This document shows positions 18,298 to 29,913 of a stretch of DNA of 64,000 bases, piece by piece. Both the position numbers and the translations under genes were made by a program. Within the stretch, counting starts at the first letter, position 1. Every line of letters begins with the position of its first letter. This stretch comes from Alphaproteobacteria bacterium (GTDB lineage: Bacteria; Pseudomonadota; Alphaproteobacteria; MPNO01), in the NCBI GenBank assembly GCA_964291675.2, contig OZ219866.1:1568001-1632000 (forward strand), in the 5' to 3' direction. The notes below the pieces were generated by a model, which searched no databases, was not told the DNA's origin, and worked only from the letters and a program-made list of their open reading frames with translations.

Positions 18298-19212
18298 TCA
18301 TTCGCTGCCGTCATGCCGAGGCACCAGACCACGCCAGGCAGCAAACTCGCGGCCCGACCTGAAGGCGTCGGGATCGCCCATCGCAGCAACGGCGGCCGTC
18401 GCGGTCAGCACGCCCACGCCCGGAATCTCTGCGATCCGCCGGCTGGCAGCATTGCCGCGGTGCCACAGAGAGATCCGCCGCTCGATCTCGCCGATCTCCT
18501 CGTCGGGGTTGCCGACCCGCGCCCACTGTTCGCGTAGCGTGTCGATCACCATTGCCGGCAGACGCTCCGAGATCCTCTCGAGCGCCTCGGCCATGTCTCG
18601 GCGCATCCCCGCCCGGCCCTGCGGCATCACCTCGCCGTATTCGGTCAGAAGACCGCGCAGCCCGTTGATCTGCGCGGTGCGGAACTTCACAAGCTGCTGG
18701 CGCATCCGGTGCAGCGCCAGGATCGCCTGCTGCTCCTCGCTCTTCACGGCAACAGTCTTGATGCCCGACATCTGCGCCGCCGTCCAGATCGCCTGCGCGT
18801 CGTGCGCGTCTTTCTTGTTGCCGGCCACAAAGGGCCGAACCGCTTTCGCCGGCAACAGCCAGGGGTCGTGACCGAGCTCCCGAAGCCGGCGCGCCCAGTG
18901 TTGCGAGCCGCTGCACGCCTCCATCGCGACCACGCACGGCACACGGTTGGCGAAGTGCTCCAGAAACTTGGACCGCGTCAGCTTCAGGTCCACAACCTCG
19001 CCGGTCTCCATATCGACCCAGTGCAACTGGAACACACGCTTCGCCGTATTCACCCCGACGACGGTTCTGTTAGTCTTCATCTCGGACTCTCCGGTTTGCC
19101 TGCGAAGAGCTTGCTCTTCCCACTTGGCACTCTGATGCCCTCGGCCCGAGAGGGTCCACCTCAATTCTCCCGCCTTCCAACATCAGGGGTGGGAGGCGTC
19201 CACCCCATTTCC
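18298..19212 (-). pseudogene. Truncated IS110 (IS1111-type) element; transposase 18298..19080
   Basis: VVGVNTAKRVFQLH, MEACSG, IPGVG, truncated after GLVPR; left end AATGGGGTGGACGCC. Confidence 0.85.
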
Positions 19213-19269
19213 TTCGTCAGACGGCGGAATACACCTTAACGAACTGTCCGATTTTCCGGGGCCACCTCA
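19213..19269 (-). mobile_element. IS3-family left-end remnant (copy of ~29125-29178)
   Basis: TGAGGTGGCCCCGGAAAATCGGACAGTTCGTTAAGGTGTATTCCGCC present at both positions. Confidence 0.7.
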
Positions 19270-19320
19270 GGCGTCTGGGGAGCATGGCTCGACCGGTCGG
19301 CCAGTATAGGAGGAAAACCG

Positions 19321-19509
19321 ATGAAGAGACTGGTAGCAGCCTCCGCCGTGGTATCGCTCGCCTTGTTGACCGTTTGCGGCGGAGGCGGAGGGAGCGACAC
19401 GCCGGCCATGGTGGAGCCCCCGCCTGCCAGCCAGGTTCGCGTGATCGACGCGGACACGGTCGACGTCGATGGTCCGGGAAGCGGTTCCCGATCGAAATGG
19501 AAGAGTTAG
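19321..19509 (+). pseudogene. Lipoprotein/thermonuclease-like N-terminal fragment
   Basis: Signal peptide, CGGGGGS, VRVIDADTVDVDG (SNase-like). Confidence 0.5.
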
Positions 19510-20093
19510 CAGGCCGTATCGCCCGTTGCCGCTCCAGTATTGGGCGATGATTCCGGTGACTCGTCCGCTGAAGTCGTCTCAGTGACGGGCTCCGAGGCGA
19601 CTTCCTCGGTCTCTGTATTGGTCGGCGTTTGGGAGGTTGACGCCTCGTCGGCGCCCGCTTCGGTCGCCACATGGAACCAGCGTCCGTCTTTCTGTTCGTA
19701 CTTGCCTTGTTTCCCCCCGTTCCGCAATTCGGTTCGGATCGAGGGAAGCTTGATCAGACGCTCCATGTCGTCGTTCGCGCGGGTCAGAATTTCCTGCGGC
19801 GTCTGCCCCGGATGGTCGCGCAATGCCCGCTCGACGAAGCGAGGCACCGAACCCTTTGGAGCCCTCTTGCGCCCGCTGGATCTGCGCTTCCCTGCGGACG
19901 CCGATTTCGCGGATGTTCCGTGGGCTGCCTTCGGGTCGCCGCGCTTCTGCGTTGGCGCACCAAGAAGGTTCAGCAATTCCGACCTGGCGTCGGCTTTACC
20001 GCGCGCATAGGCGTCGGCCTCGATCTCGGCAATGATGGTCGACAGTCTGTCAGCGGTGCTCGCCGGAGCTCTCGCCATGGCTTGTTTCTCCAT
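19506..20093 (-). CDS. Hypothetical protein, possible winged-helix C-terminal part
   Basis: 195-aa ORF; RAPKGS..FVERAL..PG.T..EI pattern. Confidence 0.6.
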   Translation of the reverse strand: MEKQAMARAPASTADRLSTIIAEIEADAYARGKADARSELLNLLGAPTQKRGDPKAAHGTSAKSASAGKRRSSGRKRAPKGSVPRFVERALRDHPGQTPQEILTRANDDMERLIKLPSIRTELRNGGKQGKYEQKDGRWFHVATEAGADEASTSQTPTNTETEEVASEPVTETTSADESPESSPNTGAATGDTAC

Positions 20094-20209
20094 TCGGTAA
20101 GGCAGAAATGTCCGCTAATGGACCTGCGGCACGCCGTAGCATATTCGCGGATGCCTCGGACGCAAGTTGCCGGTGAAATCGTATTGGCGAAACAGGTTTC
20201 GAGCACTAG

Positions 20210-21824
20210 CCGCATCTATTCGTGACAGGTCGATTAAATCGGTTGGTTTTCGGGCGCACAGGCGCCGCGGTTCGGCACCGTAATGGTGCCGGTTTATGAG
20301 GTTGTCGGTGTCGGGGTTGAGGATTGAACGGGCTCGGGTTCGCGGGGCACGCCGCCCCGGCGGTCAGGGTCCCGAGGTCGCGAACCGGCCCGCCAGCATG
20401 CGGAACAGGGCGGCGTCGGGGCAGGCCGAGGCGAGGTGGATGCGGACGCGGGCGGCCTTCTCCACCACCCGGGCGCCGATCTTGAGCAGGCGTTGGCGGA
20501 TGGTGGCGAACTCGGCCCAGGCGAGGTCCATCCTGCGCGGCACGGCATCGCGCAGCGCGAGCATCAGCCAGTAGGCGGCGGTGTGCAGCACCAGCCGGAA
20601 CTGGTTGGCGAGCGGGCTCTGGCAGGAGGTGCGGTCGGAGGCGAGCTGGGCCTTGTGCTGCTTGATCAGGTTCTCCGCCTGGCCGCGGGCGCAGTAGATC
20701 CCCTCGTAGAGATGGCGGGGCTCGCCGGTGAGCGAGGTGACGATATAGCGCGCGTCGAAGCCGCGGGTCGTCGCCTCGAGCCGGGCGACGACGCGGCGCT
20801 GGCGGTCCCACGAGCCGGCGGCGTAATCGAAGTCGGCGAAGTCGCGCACCTTGTCGGCGCCGGTCTCGGCGTGGCGGAGCTCGACGTCGTCGGCGGTCTC
20901 GTCGGCGAGGGCGTGCAGCACCGCGTTCCCCGCCAGGCCGAAGATGTAGTCGACGCCGTTGTCCTCGCACCACGCCATCGCCTCGGTCCGGCCGTAGTGG
21001 CTGTCGCCCCGAAAGGTGAGCCGGGTGCGCGGCCAGTGGCGGCGGATCCGCCGCGTCAGGTGCTTCAGCATGGTGCGGACCTCGATCCCCGAGGGCGTCT
21101 TGCCCGGGCGCAGGAGGACCGCCACCGGCTTGCCGCTCTCGACATGGTAGACGTGCACCGGCAGGAAGCAGCGCATGTCGTAGAAGCCGTGGAACAGCGA
21201 CAGTTGCTGATGGCCGTGCACCGCGTCGCAGGTCTCGTCGATGTCGAGCGTGATCGCCGTCGGCGGGGTCGGGAAGGAGCGGCAGAAGATGTCGACCAGC
21301 GCGGCCGTCAGGCGGCCCACCTCGCTGAGCGAGGGCGCGTTCTCCAGACGGCTCATGGTCGGTTGGGAGCAGAGATCGCGGCCGCTCTCCGGCGCCCGGC
21401 CGACCGCCAGCTTGAACAGCGGATCGGCCCTCAGGTCGTCGCAATCGTCGGCGTCCTCGTAGCCGCAGGCGATCGCGAACATCCGGAAGCGCAGCATCGC
21501 CGGCAGCGTGTGCACCGTCCGCGCCGGGTCGCGCCAGTCCCGGATGCAGCCGGCCAGCGTCTCGGCCAGCCCGAGCCGACGCTCCGCCGCGCGCAGCAGC
21601 ACAAGCCCGCCGTCCGACGAGATCGACCCGCCGGCAAAATCGGCGGTCACTTTCTTGCGTTGTACGGCTGGCAGATCGAATGGGAGAAGGCTATCTTCGG
21701 TCATGGCGGGCGTGGCGCTTTCGTGGCTTCGGCAGAAATCCGCAGGCAAACGAATTTCTACCCGAATCCAACGGGTTACGTCACGCTCGCCACCATCTCA
21801 CCTGGCCATCATGAATAAAGCGGG
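20210..21824 (-). mobile_element. IS1380 family element
   Basis: Imperfect TIRs CCCGCTTTATTCATGA / TCACGAATAGATGCGG; CTAG on both flanks. Confidence 0.85.
20364..21704 (-). CDS. IS1380 transposase
   Basis: SSDGGLVLL, ITLDID, RGDSHY, YCARGQAENLIK, ANQFRL. Confidence 0.95.
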   Translation of the reverse strand: MTEDSLLPFDLPAVQRKKVTADFAGGSISSDGGLVLLRAAERRLGLAETLAGCIRDWRDPARTVHTLPAMLRFRMFAIACGYEDADDCDDLRADPLFKLAVGRAPESGRDLCSQPTMSRLENAPSLSEVGRLTAALVDIFCRSFPTPPTAITLDIDETCDAVHGHQQLSLFHGFYDMRCFLPVHVYHVESGKPVAVLLRPGKTPSGIEVRTMLKHLTRRIRRHWPRTRLTFRGDSHYGRTEAMAWCEDNGVDYIFGLAGNAVLHALADETADDVELRHAETGADKVRDFADFDYAAGSWDRQRRVVARLEATTRGFDARYIVTSLTGEPRHLYEGIYCARGQAENLIKQHKAQLASDRTSCQSPLANQFRLVLHTAAYWLMLALRDAVPRRMDLAWAEFATIRQRLLKIGARVVEKAARVRIHLASACPDAALFRMLAGRFATSGP

Positions 21825-22130
21825 CTAGCGATTGTCCGCTGGCTACACCGAGCGGTTTCCCTACCGCGCGCTCGATCGTAGGCGTAAGCTCAGCGGTACT
21901 CACGAACGATGCGGTAGCGCAAGTGTTCCGGGCAGAGCCGGGAATTTACCCGGAGCGAATCCCTCCGGGGCCGGTCGCGTGCGTTCGCAGCCGTTTCACC
22001 TCGGCTCACTTGGATTGGAACAATTAGATTCGATCGTCCGGCCATTGCTTCGCCAGGATTGTCCTTCTACACAATGACCCATGCCCGAGCGTATCTACAC
22101 CTCGGCCCCGAGCGGCAAGCTCGAAGCATT

Positions 22131-23393
22131 TGATTCTCCCCCATTGGATTGGTCCACCCCTAGGTTTGGGAATGAGGAGGACCGATCATGGCAAGGAAGC
22201 GCTACAAGCCTGAGGAGATCGTGAGCCTGCTGCGGCAGGCCGAGGTTCTGCACGGCCAGGGCCTGTCGATAGCGGACGCGATCCGGCAGCTCGGGATCAG
22301 CGAGGTCACGTTTTACCGGTGGCGCAAGGAGTATGGCGGGATGAGCGGCGACCAGTTGCGTCGTCTCAAGGAGCTCGAGAAGGAGAACGATCGGCTGCGC
22401 CGGGCGGTCTCGGATCTGACGCTGGACAAGCAGATCCTCAAGGAGGCCGCGCGGGGAAAATTCTGAGCCCCTCGCGCCGCCGCCCGTGTATCGACCATGT
22501 TCGTGACCGTCTCGGGGTCTCTCAGCGTCGGGCCTGTCGGGTGCTGGGACAGCACCGCTCGACCCGGCGTCGCATCCCGCGCGGCCGTGACGACGAGGAC
22601 CGCCTGGTCACGGACATGATCGCACTGGCCCGCCAGTACGGCCGTTACGGCTATCGGCGGATCGCCGCCCTGCTGCGCGACGCCGGCTGGCAGGTCAACG
22701 ACAAGCGGGTCGAGCGCCTGTGGCGGCGCGAGGGGCTAAAGGTGCCGGGAAAACAGCCGAAACGGGGCCGGCTCTGGCTGAACGACGGCTCTTGGATCCG
22801 CCTGCGCGCCGAGCGGGCGAGCCATGTCTGGTCCTACGACTTCGTACATCACCGGACCGATGGCGGTCGCGCCTTCCGCATGCTCAACGTGCTGGACGAG
22901 TTCACCCGGGAGAGTCTGGCCATCCGGATCCGGCGCAAGCTCTCCTCCACCGACGTCGTCGACGTCCTGACCGACCTGTTCCTCCTGCGCGGCGTTCCAG
23001 CCTACATCCGCTCCGACAACGAACCGGAGTTCGTCGCCGAGGCGGTCAGGCGGTGGATCGCCGCGGTGGGCGCCCGCACCGCCGTCATCGAGCCGGGATC
23101 GCCTTGGGAGAACGTTTACATCGAGAGCTTCAACGCCAGGCTCCGCGACGAGCTCCTTAACGGGGAGATCTTCTACACCCTGAAGGAAGCCCAGGTTCTC
23201 ATCGAATCATGGCGGCACCATTACAACGCCGTGTGTCCGCATAGCAGCCTGGGATACCGGCCGCCGGACCCGGAAACGATCGTCTTGCCAAGCTGGCCGC
23301 CCGGCTCCGCTACGCTCCGCCGGGCGGCCAGCTTGGCGGAGAAATCGTCAATGCACTAACATTCGAAAAGGACCAGTCGGTGGGGGCCGGTCA
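22131..23393 (+). mobile_element. IS3 family (IS407-like) element; orfA 22188..22466 and orfB joined by a -1 frameshift
   Basis: TG...CA termini; slippery GGGGAAAA; WSYDF, RSDNEPEF, ESFNARLRDE; G-to-E/V changes suggest decay. Confidence 0.9.
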
Positions 23394-23724
23394 TCCTGCC
23401 CGTCCGGGTGCTCACCTGTTTCCTCGCAACCCTGAACATACGGCACCCCCTCGACAATCAGCTCGCCGCTGGCCTCGCCAAAGCGGTACCCGGTGCGCTC
23501 GTCGATTGCAGCTAGCGTACGGTCAAGGGCGAGGTGAAGACGGCGAAGGCGCCGCTCAACGCAAACAAGGCTCCCCCGAACGGTCTGTCATTTCTCGACC
23601 AGCCTGCCGATTTCGAGACGCTTTTCGTCGTCCGTCATGCTGTCTCTCCCGCTTGGTTACTCTAATGTAATGGCGGGATTGCAGCATTCAAGCGGGATTT
23701 GTTACTCTACTAGCTACGCTCCGT

Positions 23725-24633
23725 TCATTTGGGCGCCTTCCCGAAGGTGAGGCCGCTGGCATATTGGACCGTGAATTCCGCGTAACCGTTACTGGTGCGT
23801 TTGAGATGGTCCCGGACGAGGCGATGCAGCTCGGGCAGCCGGAAAAACGGCACCATCGGCATCGTGTGGTGTTCGATGTGATAAGGCATGTTCCAGGTAA
23901 CGAAGCGGACGATACGATTTGTGAACACGGTGCGGGAATTCTCGAACATGTCTCCGACAGCGGGGCAGAGACCGTGTTCGGCCAGGTGATACAGCCGGAG
24001 AACCGGGAATCCGATGACCAGCGGTGCCAGCCACACCCAGACGAGCACGGGCGAGATCCAGATGGAAAAAACCAGCAAACCGGCATAAAGCACGATCGAG
24101 ATTCGCGCTTCGGCTCGTACCCCTTCCCGTGCATTTTCCGGCACGAAGTCGTCGAAGACTTCGCCACGCGCATTCGAAATCAGCAGAAGCACCTTGTTCT
24201 TCCAGTAGATGGGCGCCAGCGCGTAAACCGCATATTGACCCAGGGTCTCCGGCTTCGGTTTGCCCACCAATTCAGGATCCCGTTCCGGATCGTTGGTGAA
24301 CCGGTGATGTTCCAGGTGAAAACAGCGGAACCAAAGGAAGGGCTGAACAATCAGGAATCCGGCGACCCAGCCGGCGCATTCGTTGATCCAATCGGTCCTG
24401 AACGGGGACTTGTGCGTGCACTCATGCTCGAGATTGAAAAGGAAGGCCAACAGGATCCCGAGCGGCACCATCAAAAACGGCCAGCCGGCCACCTGCAAGC
24501 CGATCGGCACGGCAAACAGGAAAACCAGAAACGTGTAGATGGCGAGGTGCCGCAGGGCCGGCCCGTCCTTCTGTTCGGAAAGCGCCTTTCGCTCGGCCCT
24601 GGAGAGAGATCTCACGAATTGTGCGTGGTCCAT
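23725..24633 (-). CDS. Fatty acid desaturase family protein
   Basis: His boxes HECTH, HLEHH, HIEHH. Confidence 0.9.
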   Translation of the reverse strand: MDHAQFVRSLSRAERKALSEQKDGPALRHLAIYTFLVFLFAVPIGLQVAGWPFLMVPLGILLAFLFNLEHECTHKSPFRTDWINECAGWVAGFLIVQPFLWFRCFHLEHHRFTNDPERDPELVGKPKPETLGQYAVYALAPIYWKNKVLLLISNARGEVFDDFVPENAREGVRAEARISIVLYAGLLVFSIWISPVLVWVWLAPLVIGFPVLRLYHLAEHGLCPAVGDMFENSRTVFTNRIVRFVTWNMPYHIEHHTMPMVPFFRLPELHRLVRDHLKRTSNGYAEFTVQYASGLTFGKAPK

Positions 24634-24645
24634 CTCCCGCAGTCC

Positions 24646-25812
24646 CTACATCGTCCGCGGCAACCAGAGCGCGATGGCGGAAAACAGGATTACGAGAGTG
24701 AGCCTCACAAAGTCGGCAAGCAGGAATGAAACGATCCCCCGGAATATCGTGCCGAGCGGGATATCGCGCCGGACGCCATGCGTGACGAAGACGTTGATGC
24801 CGATGGGCGGCGTGATGATGCTGATCTCGATCACCATGATCATCACGACGCCCCACCAGATGGGGTCGTAGCCCAGGCCGTCGGTCACCAGGGGAAAGAC
24901 GAAGGGTAGCATTATGATCATCGCGGCGACCAAATCGAATATCGCTCCGAGGCCAGTATAGATGGCGGCCAGCACGAATATGATCGCAAGCGCGGGCAGG
25001 CCGAGACCGACGACCCAGTCCACCAGCGCGGCGGGCAACCTGGTGATGGCGATGAAGTTGGAGAATATGTGAGCCCCGATCAGGATCGTGTAGAGCAGGC
25101 CCACATTGCTCGCCGTCTCGCCGATCGTCCGGAAGAACGAATCGCGGTTCAACTTGCCGCGGGCGACGGCAAACGCGAAGGCGATCAGCGTGCCCGCCGC
25201 GGCCGCCTCGATGACGGTGAATACGCCGCCATAGAGCCCGGCCGTCATGATCAGGATGATGGAAACGATACCCCAGCTGCTTGCCGCGGTCCTTGCGATC
25301 TGTTTCCAGCTCTGCCTCGGCCCGTCCGGCGCCAGCGACGGGTTGCGCCTTACGACGATCTGAATGGCGGCGATCGAGCCCGCGCCCAGGCTCTCCGCAT
25401 ATCCCCGCCGTTCCATTTCCGGGAGCGGGATGCGCGCCATTGTCGCGGTCGTCGCGATCGACGATCCGCAGGCGGCGCCGAAACCGCCACAGCCGGCGAC
25501 GGTCGCCATTGCCAGCCCGCCACGGCGATGCCCGAACAGGGAGTTCGCAAGGTGGTAGAGGTCGCTCGCCAGCCCCGACACGCCGGCGAAAGAGCCCATG
25601 AGGAGGAACATCGGGATGATGATCAGGTGAGGGCTGGAAATCGCGGTCGCGGTTTCCGATCCAAACATCGAAACCGCGGCGAGAGGGTTTCCCGTCATGA
25701 TCGAGAAACCCGCCACCCCGGCGATCGCCATGGCCATGCCGACGGGAACGTGAACCGCGATCAGCGACAGCATCCCGAGGAACGACAAGAGCCCGATCGT
25801 GATTGGGTCCAC
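24646..25812 (-). pseudogene. dctM: TRAP transporter large permease DctM with an internal deletion
   Basis: IIPMFLLMG, GGLAMATV..CGGFGA.CGSS; the GGTLGILIPPS segment is missing after GSIAA. Confidence 0.8.
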
Positions 25813-26348
25813 TATCGTCGATTATCCTCGCCTATATCCTGGAACCCCGCTTCCGAGCTTGCCAGAGGGCGGTCGTGCCTGAAATTCCCGAAGACGCCGA
25901 AGACCACGAATGCATGGACCGGCAGACACAACGCCAGCAGCAAGGTCGAAGGGATCCAGCTCGGCCAGATCGGAATATGCAGGAGCCAGGAGAATTGTTG
26001 ATGCTCGACCAGCGTCCAGGTGTAGCGCCCGACCTCCCAGACGATCCCGGCCATGACGAGCAGGGCGGCGAGCTGGCCGAAGAGCTCCACCAGCTGACCG
26101 GCCCGATTTCTCAGCGCCCGCCCCGGGAAACGGATCGATATGTTTTGCATTCCGGCGAGCGTCAGCGGAAAGCAGGACGCCACGATGACCGGCGTCAGAA
26201 CTTCCAGAAGATCGCTCAGGCCGTAAATCGGCGTATTCAGGGCGGTGCGCGTCAGCGCGTCGGCCAGAATGGCGCCGGAAATCAACAGCAGGCAGATCAA
26301 CCCGAGGACCGCCGAATATTTTCCGGCGGTCCCGATCAATCGGATCAT
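25812..26348 (-). CDS. dctQ: TRAP transporter small permease DctQ
   Basis: Four TM segments; adjacent to dctM. Confidence 0.75.
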   Translation of the reverse strand: MIRLIGTAGKYSAVLGLICLLLISGAILADALTRTALNTPIYGLSDLLEVLTPVIVASCFPLTLAGMQNISIRFPGRALRNRAGQLVELFGQLAALLVMAGIVWEVGRYTWTLVEHQQFSWLLHIPIWPSWIPSTLLLALCLPVHAFVVFGVFGNFRHDRPLASSEAGFQDIGEDNRR

Positions 26349-26736
26349 CGACCGGCCCCCACGCGCTTTCCCTGAATGCCCGGGCGCCGGTCAGCGTAGC
26401 CCAAACCCTATTTCGAGTCTCGCGCCTCCTCGATCGCGGCTAACACCTCCCGGGATCGTGTCCCGAGCCGTGGTGTAAGAGCCTGGCGGCGATTGCGGTA
26501 ACCGGCGGGCAGAGCCGGTTCGCTCAGGCTGCCGCGGCGGGCAGGTTGACGGTGAGATTGTCGCTCACGGGAGCGATCGATTCCAGCGTCATGTATCTCC
26601 TTGCAACGGCCCATTCGTCGTTCTGCTCGAGCAGGATCGCGCCGACCAGGCGTGTGATGGCGTCCTCGTTGGGGAAGATGCCGACGACGTTGGTGCGGCG
26701 CTTGATCTCGGCATGGAGCCGCTCGATCGGGTTGGT

Positions 26737-28330
26737 AACCGGTATGAAGATGTCGGTGTCGCGTCCCCGGCCTGATTCTTGGGTGTCTGGCCTATGGTGC
26801 GACCATCCGGGACAGAGGCACCGGGAGCACGAAGGTGCGGGCAGGCCGATCTATTCGATGAGCTGCGAGCTCGTGTTAGTAGCTGGCCGCCTCTGCGACT
26901 CGCCCGGTTGCGCCGAGAGCGCGGATCCGTAGGTGTCGTGTTGCCCGCTGCTCCCGTCACTTTGACAGAGGAGGGAGCGCGCATGCGACGTGTCATCGGC
27001 ATCGACCTGCACCGGACCTTCGGGGAGGTGGTGATCTGGGAGGGCGGGGGCTTGCGGCACGCGGGCCGGATCGACATGACCCGTTCCGGGTTGGAGGGCT
27101 TCGGCAAGAGCCTGCGAGCGACGGATGAGGTGGTGATCGAGGCGACGGGGAACTGCGTTGCGGTCTCCCGCGTCTTGTCGCCTTTCGTGAAGCGGGTGGC
27201 GATCGCCAATCCGCTGCAGGTCAAGGCAATTGCGCACGCCCATGTGAAGACCGACAAGGTCGACGCGGGGACGCTGGCGAGCCTGTACGCGGCGGGCTAT
27301 CTGCCGGAGATCTGGACACCGGACGCGGAGACCGAGCGGCTGCGCCGACTGGTGGCGCGGCGCTACCAGGTGGTGCGGCACAGGACGCGGCTCAAGAACG
27401 AGGTGCATGCGATCCTGCATGCCCACCTGATCCCCAAATGCCCGCACGCGGACCTGTTCAACCGACGCGGCCGGGCGTGGTTGTCGCGCCAGCCCGTTCC
27501 CGACGACGAGCGCGCCGCGATCGAGCGGCACATCCGCGAGCTTGATCGCCTGGCCGAGGATCTCGACCTGCTCGACCGCGAGATCGCGGAGGGTGCGCTG
27601 GACGATCCGGCGGTCAAGCGGCTGATGACGATCACCGGCGTCAATCTCATCGTCGCGGCGGGGCTGATGGCGGCGATCGGCGACATCGCCCGCTTCTCCA
27701 GCCCGCAGAAGCTGGTGAGCTACTTCGGCCTCAACCCGCGTGTGCGTCAGTCCGGTCTCGGCGCCGCTCATCACGGGCGGATCAGCAAGATCGGCCGCAG
27801 CCATGCCCGGGCGATGCTGGTCGAGGCCGCCTGGGCGGCGGCCAAGACACCGGGGCCCCTGCACGCCTTCTTCGTCCGCATCCGCGCCCGGCGCGGCCAC
27901 CAGGTCGCCGCCGTGGCCGTCGCGCGCAAGCTGGCCGTGCTGTGCTGGCACATGCTCAGCAAGGAAGAAGACTATCACTGGGCACGCCCGGCGCTGGTTG
28001 CCAACAAGCTGCGCGCCATGGAACTGCGGGCTGGACGGCCTCAGCAGAAGGGCAACTGCCGCGGGCCCGCCTACGCCTACAACGTCAAGGCCCTGCGCGA
28101 ACAGGAGATGCAACTCGCCCGGCAGGCCGAACTGAGCTACGAACGCTTCGTCGCCGCGTGGCGCCCGCGACCGCCAAGGGAGCGGGCGCGCGGACGCCTC
28201 AACCCGGCAAGGCCCGAATGAGGCAGCTCGGCGGCGCTTGCAGCCGTGGCGCCGCTCTTCGCCGCGAGGTCGTCCGCGCACCCGGTATCCTGCCACGCCA
28301 TCGAAGAAAACGCTTGTCCATCTCATCCGT
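26737..28330 (+). mobile_element. IS110 family element with long 5' non-coding end and GT core
   Basis: Removal restores the IS256 frame (TCG ACC AAC); GT at both junctions. Confidence 0.9.
26983..28221 (+). CDS. IS110 family recombinase
   Basis: VIGIDLH, VIEATG, KTDKVDA, ITGV, GLNPRVRQSG. Confidence 0.95.
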   Translation: MRRVIGIDLHRTFGEVVIWEGGGLRHAGRIDMTRSGLEGFGKSLRATDEVVIEATGNCVAVSRVLSPFVKRVAIANPLQVKAIAHAHVKTDKVDAGTLASLYAAGYLPEIWTPDAETERLRRLVARRYQVVRHRTRLKNEVHAILHAHLIPKCPHADLFNRRGRAWLSRQPVPDDERAAIERHIRELDRLAEDLDLLDREIAEGALDDPAVKRLMTITGVNLIVAAGLMAAIGDIARFSSPQKLVSYFGLNPRVRQSGLGAAHHGRISKIGRSHARAMLVEAAWAAAKTPGPLHAFFVRIRARRGHQVAAVAVARKLAVLCWHMLSKEEDYHWARPALVANKLRAMELRAGRPQQKGNCRGPAYAYNVKALREQEMQLARQAELSYERFVAAWRPRPPRERARGRLNPARPE

Positions 28331-28544
28331 CGAGTGGAGCTTCTGGCGGTGCTCCTTGGGGAAGGTCATGTAGGCCAGGACGTCGTCTTCGGCCTCGTCC
28401 ATCAGCGCGGCGAGCTTCAGCGCCTTGGGCCTGAGCTGATCGGCAACCAGGCGCCACTGGGCCCTGGCGCCGTCGGCGTCGTCCTGAGCGAAGGCGGTGG
28501 CGACGAAGGCGGAGACGACACGCCGGCCCTGCTTGCCGGCAAGG

Positions 28545-28930
28545 GTATTGGTCTTGCGGGCGGCCAACAGCGATGCCGCAACGACCGTCTTGCCGAACGC
28601 GGTTGTGGCCGCAAGCACGCTTGTGTCATGCGCGAGCAGGGCATCGACGGCCTCCGCCTGCTCGGGCGTCAATTCCCCGAGGAATGTCGTTTCGACCGGA
28701 TGGCCCGCGAAACGCTCGTCCTGCGGGTCGAGCCCGACGCCGAACTCTTCGAGCAGATGCTCCAACGCCGAGAGGCAGCCGCGCGGGATCGCGATATGAT
28801 GCGACAGCAACTCGGCGCAGGCGACGACGCAGGGCGTGCCGTGAGTCGAACGCCGCATCGCCCGCGCGGTGTAGAATGCCGGGTTCTGGAACGCCGCGAG
28901 CCGCACCAGTCGGTTGACCAGCGCGGGCGG
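28545..28930 (-). pseudogene. DEAD/DEAH helicase fragment (TOTE conflict-system primase-helicase type)
   Basis: RLAAFQNPAFY...IPRGC...GELTPEQ...LAATTAFGKT. Confidence 0.7.
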
Positions 28931-28934
28931 AACC

Positions 28935-29178
28935 GCTGATCACCGGAGAAGACCTCCGCCAATCCCTCCATCGCCTGACGCTTCCAGACGCCAACCTGGT
29001 TCAGATGCACCTGGTGCCGCGCGGCAATCTCCTGGAGCGTCCGATCGCCCCGAAGCGCCTCAAGCGCGATCTTCGCCTTCAGCTCCCCCGAAAACCTGCG
29101 TCGGTTGCTCATCTGTATTCCTCCGTGAGATGGCGGAATACACCTTAACGAACTGTCCGATTTTCCGGGGCCACCTCA
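28935..29178 (-). pseudogene. IS3 family orfA fragment with left end
   Basis: MSNRRRFSGELKAKIALEALRGDRTLQEIAARHQVHLNQV. Confidence 0.8.
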
Positions 29179-29182
29179 GGAC

Positions 29183-29796
29183 TCAATTCGGGGAGGGCTC
29201 CGGTTTGAACAAGAAATGTGCCGTTGAGGGAGCTTCAAACACTGTGACTCGGTCTCGACAGTGGATTTCATCCGTTCTGTCGGTCGCTTGATCATCCAGT
29301 AGTTTCGACAGGTGTACGCCAACGAAGACGATGCGCGACAGCTTCTCGCCTAGTTCCTTGTCACGTGCTGCATTCTCAAATCCCTCATGCGAGAACCATC
29401 GATCAAGGGTGGCCCTAATGGCGGTTCGCGCATCGTCAAGGCTGAAGACAGATGGGTTGAGGAACATCTTTCCGATGAAATGGCGGCGTACCTCATTGCG
29501 TTTTTCATGCGTGGGGACCCCATTGAAATTCAACGAAGTCAGGGAAATCTCTATTTCATTGTCGTCCCAAATGTAGCGAACACTCAATTCCACTTCTTGG
29601 GCATCCGCGGCCCTTTCCGCGGCACCCTTCAAACGGATCATTCCCATGTCCCACAGTGTGAACGGACGATCCATGAGCCATTGGACTGTCGCTCCCGGCT
29701 CAGCATGAACGGGTACCGTGTACAGAGTCACAACCATGCCGAGGACGCCTACAAGACGGGAAACGGCACGAATGACGGCAGGGGTGGCAGTCATGC
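29183..29796 (-). CDS. Exported hypothetical protein
   Basis: Signal-like segment ending VHA-EP; start approximate. Confidence 0.55.
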
Positions 29797-29913
29797 CACC
29801 GAGTCCCGGTACCACAGTCGCTTGCCGACCATGCCAGAGATGGTCGCCGCCGCCTGGTCCAGCGTGTCCGCGCAGCGGCAGTTGTGGCGGCCGGAGAATT
29901 CGTTGACCCGCCG

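Larger units (their letters stand above)
17573..18300 (-). mobile_element. Right-end remnant of a second IS1595 cargo element in inverted orientation
   Basis: TIR GGGGATTATATGCCTGAGTGCC at 17573; TM ORF 17602..17793; 57-aa ORF pseudogene; TATAAT; motif copy C. Confidence 0.75.
26452..28545 (-). pseudogene. IS256 3' remnant split by IS110
   Basis: DVLAYMTFPKEHRQKLHST|NPIERLHAEIKRRTNVVGIFPNE; right end TACACCACGGCTCGGGACACGATC. Confidence 0.85.
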
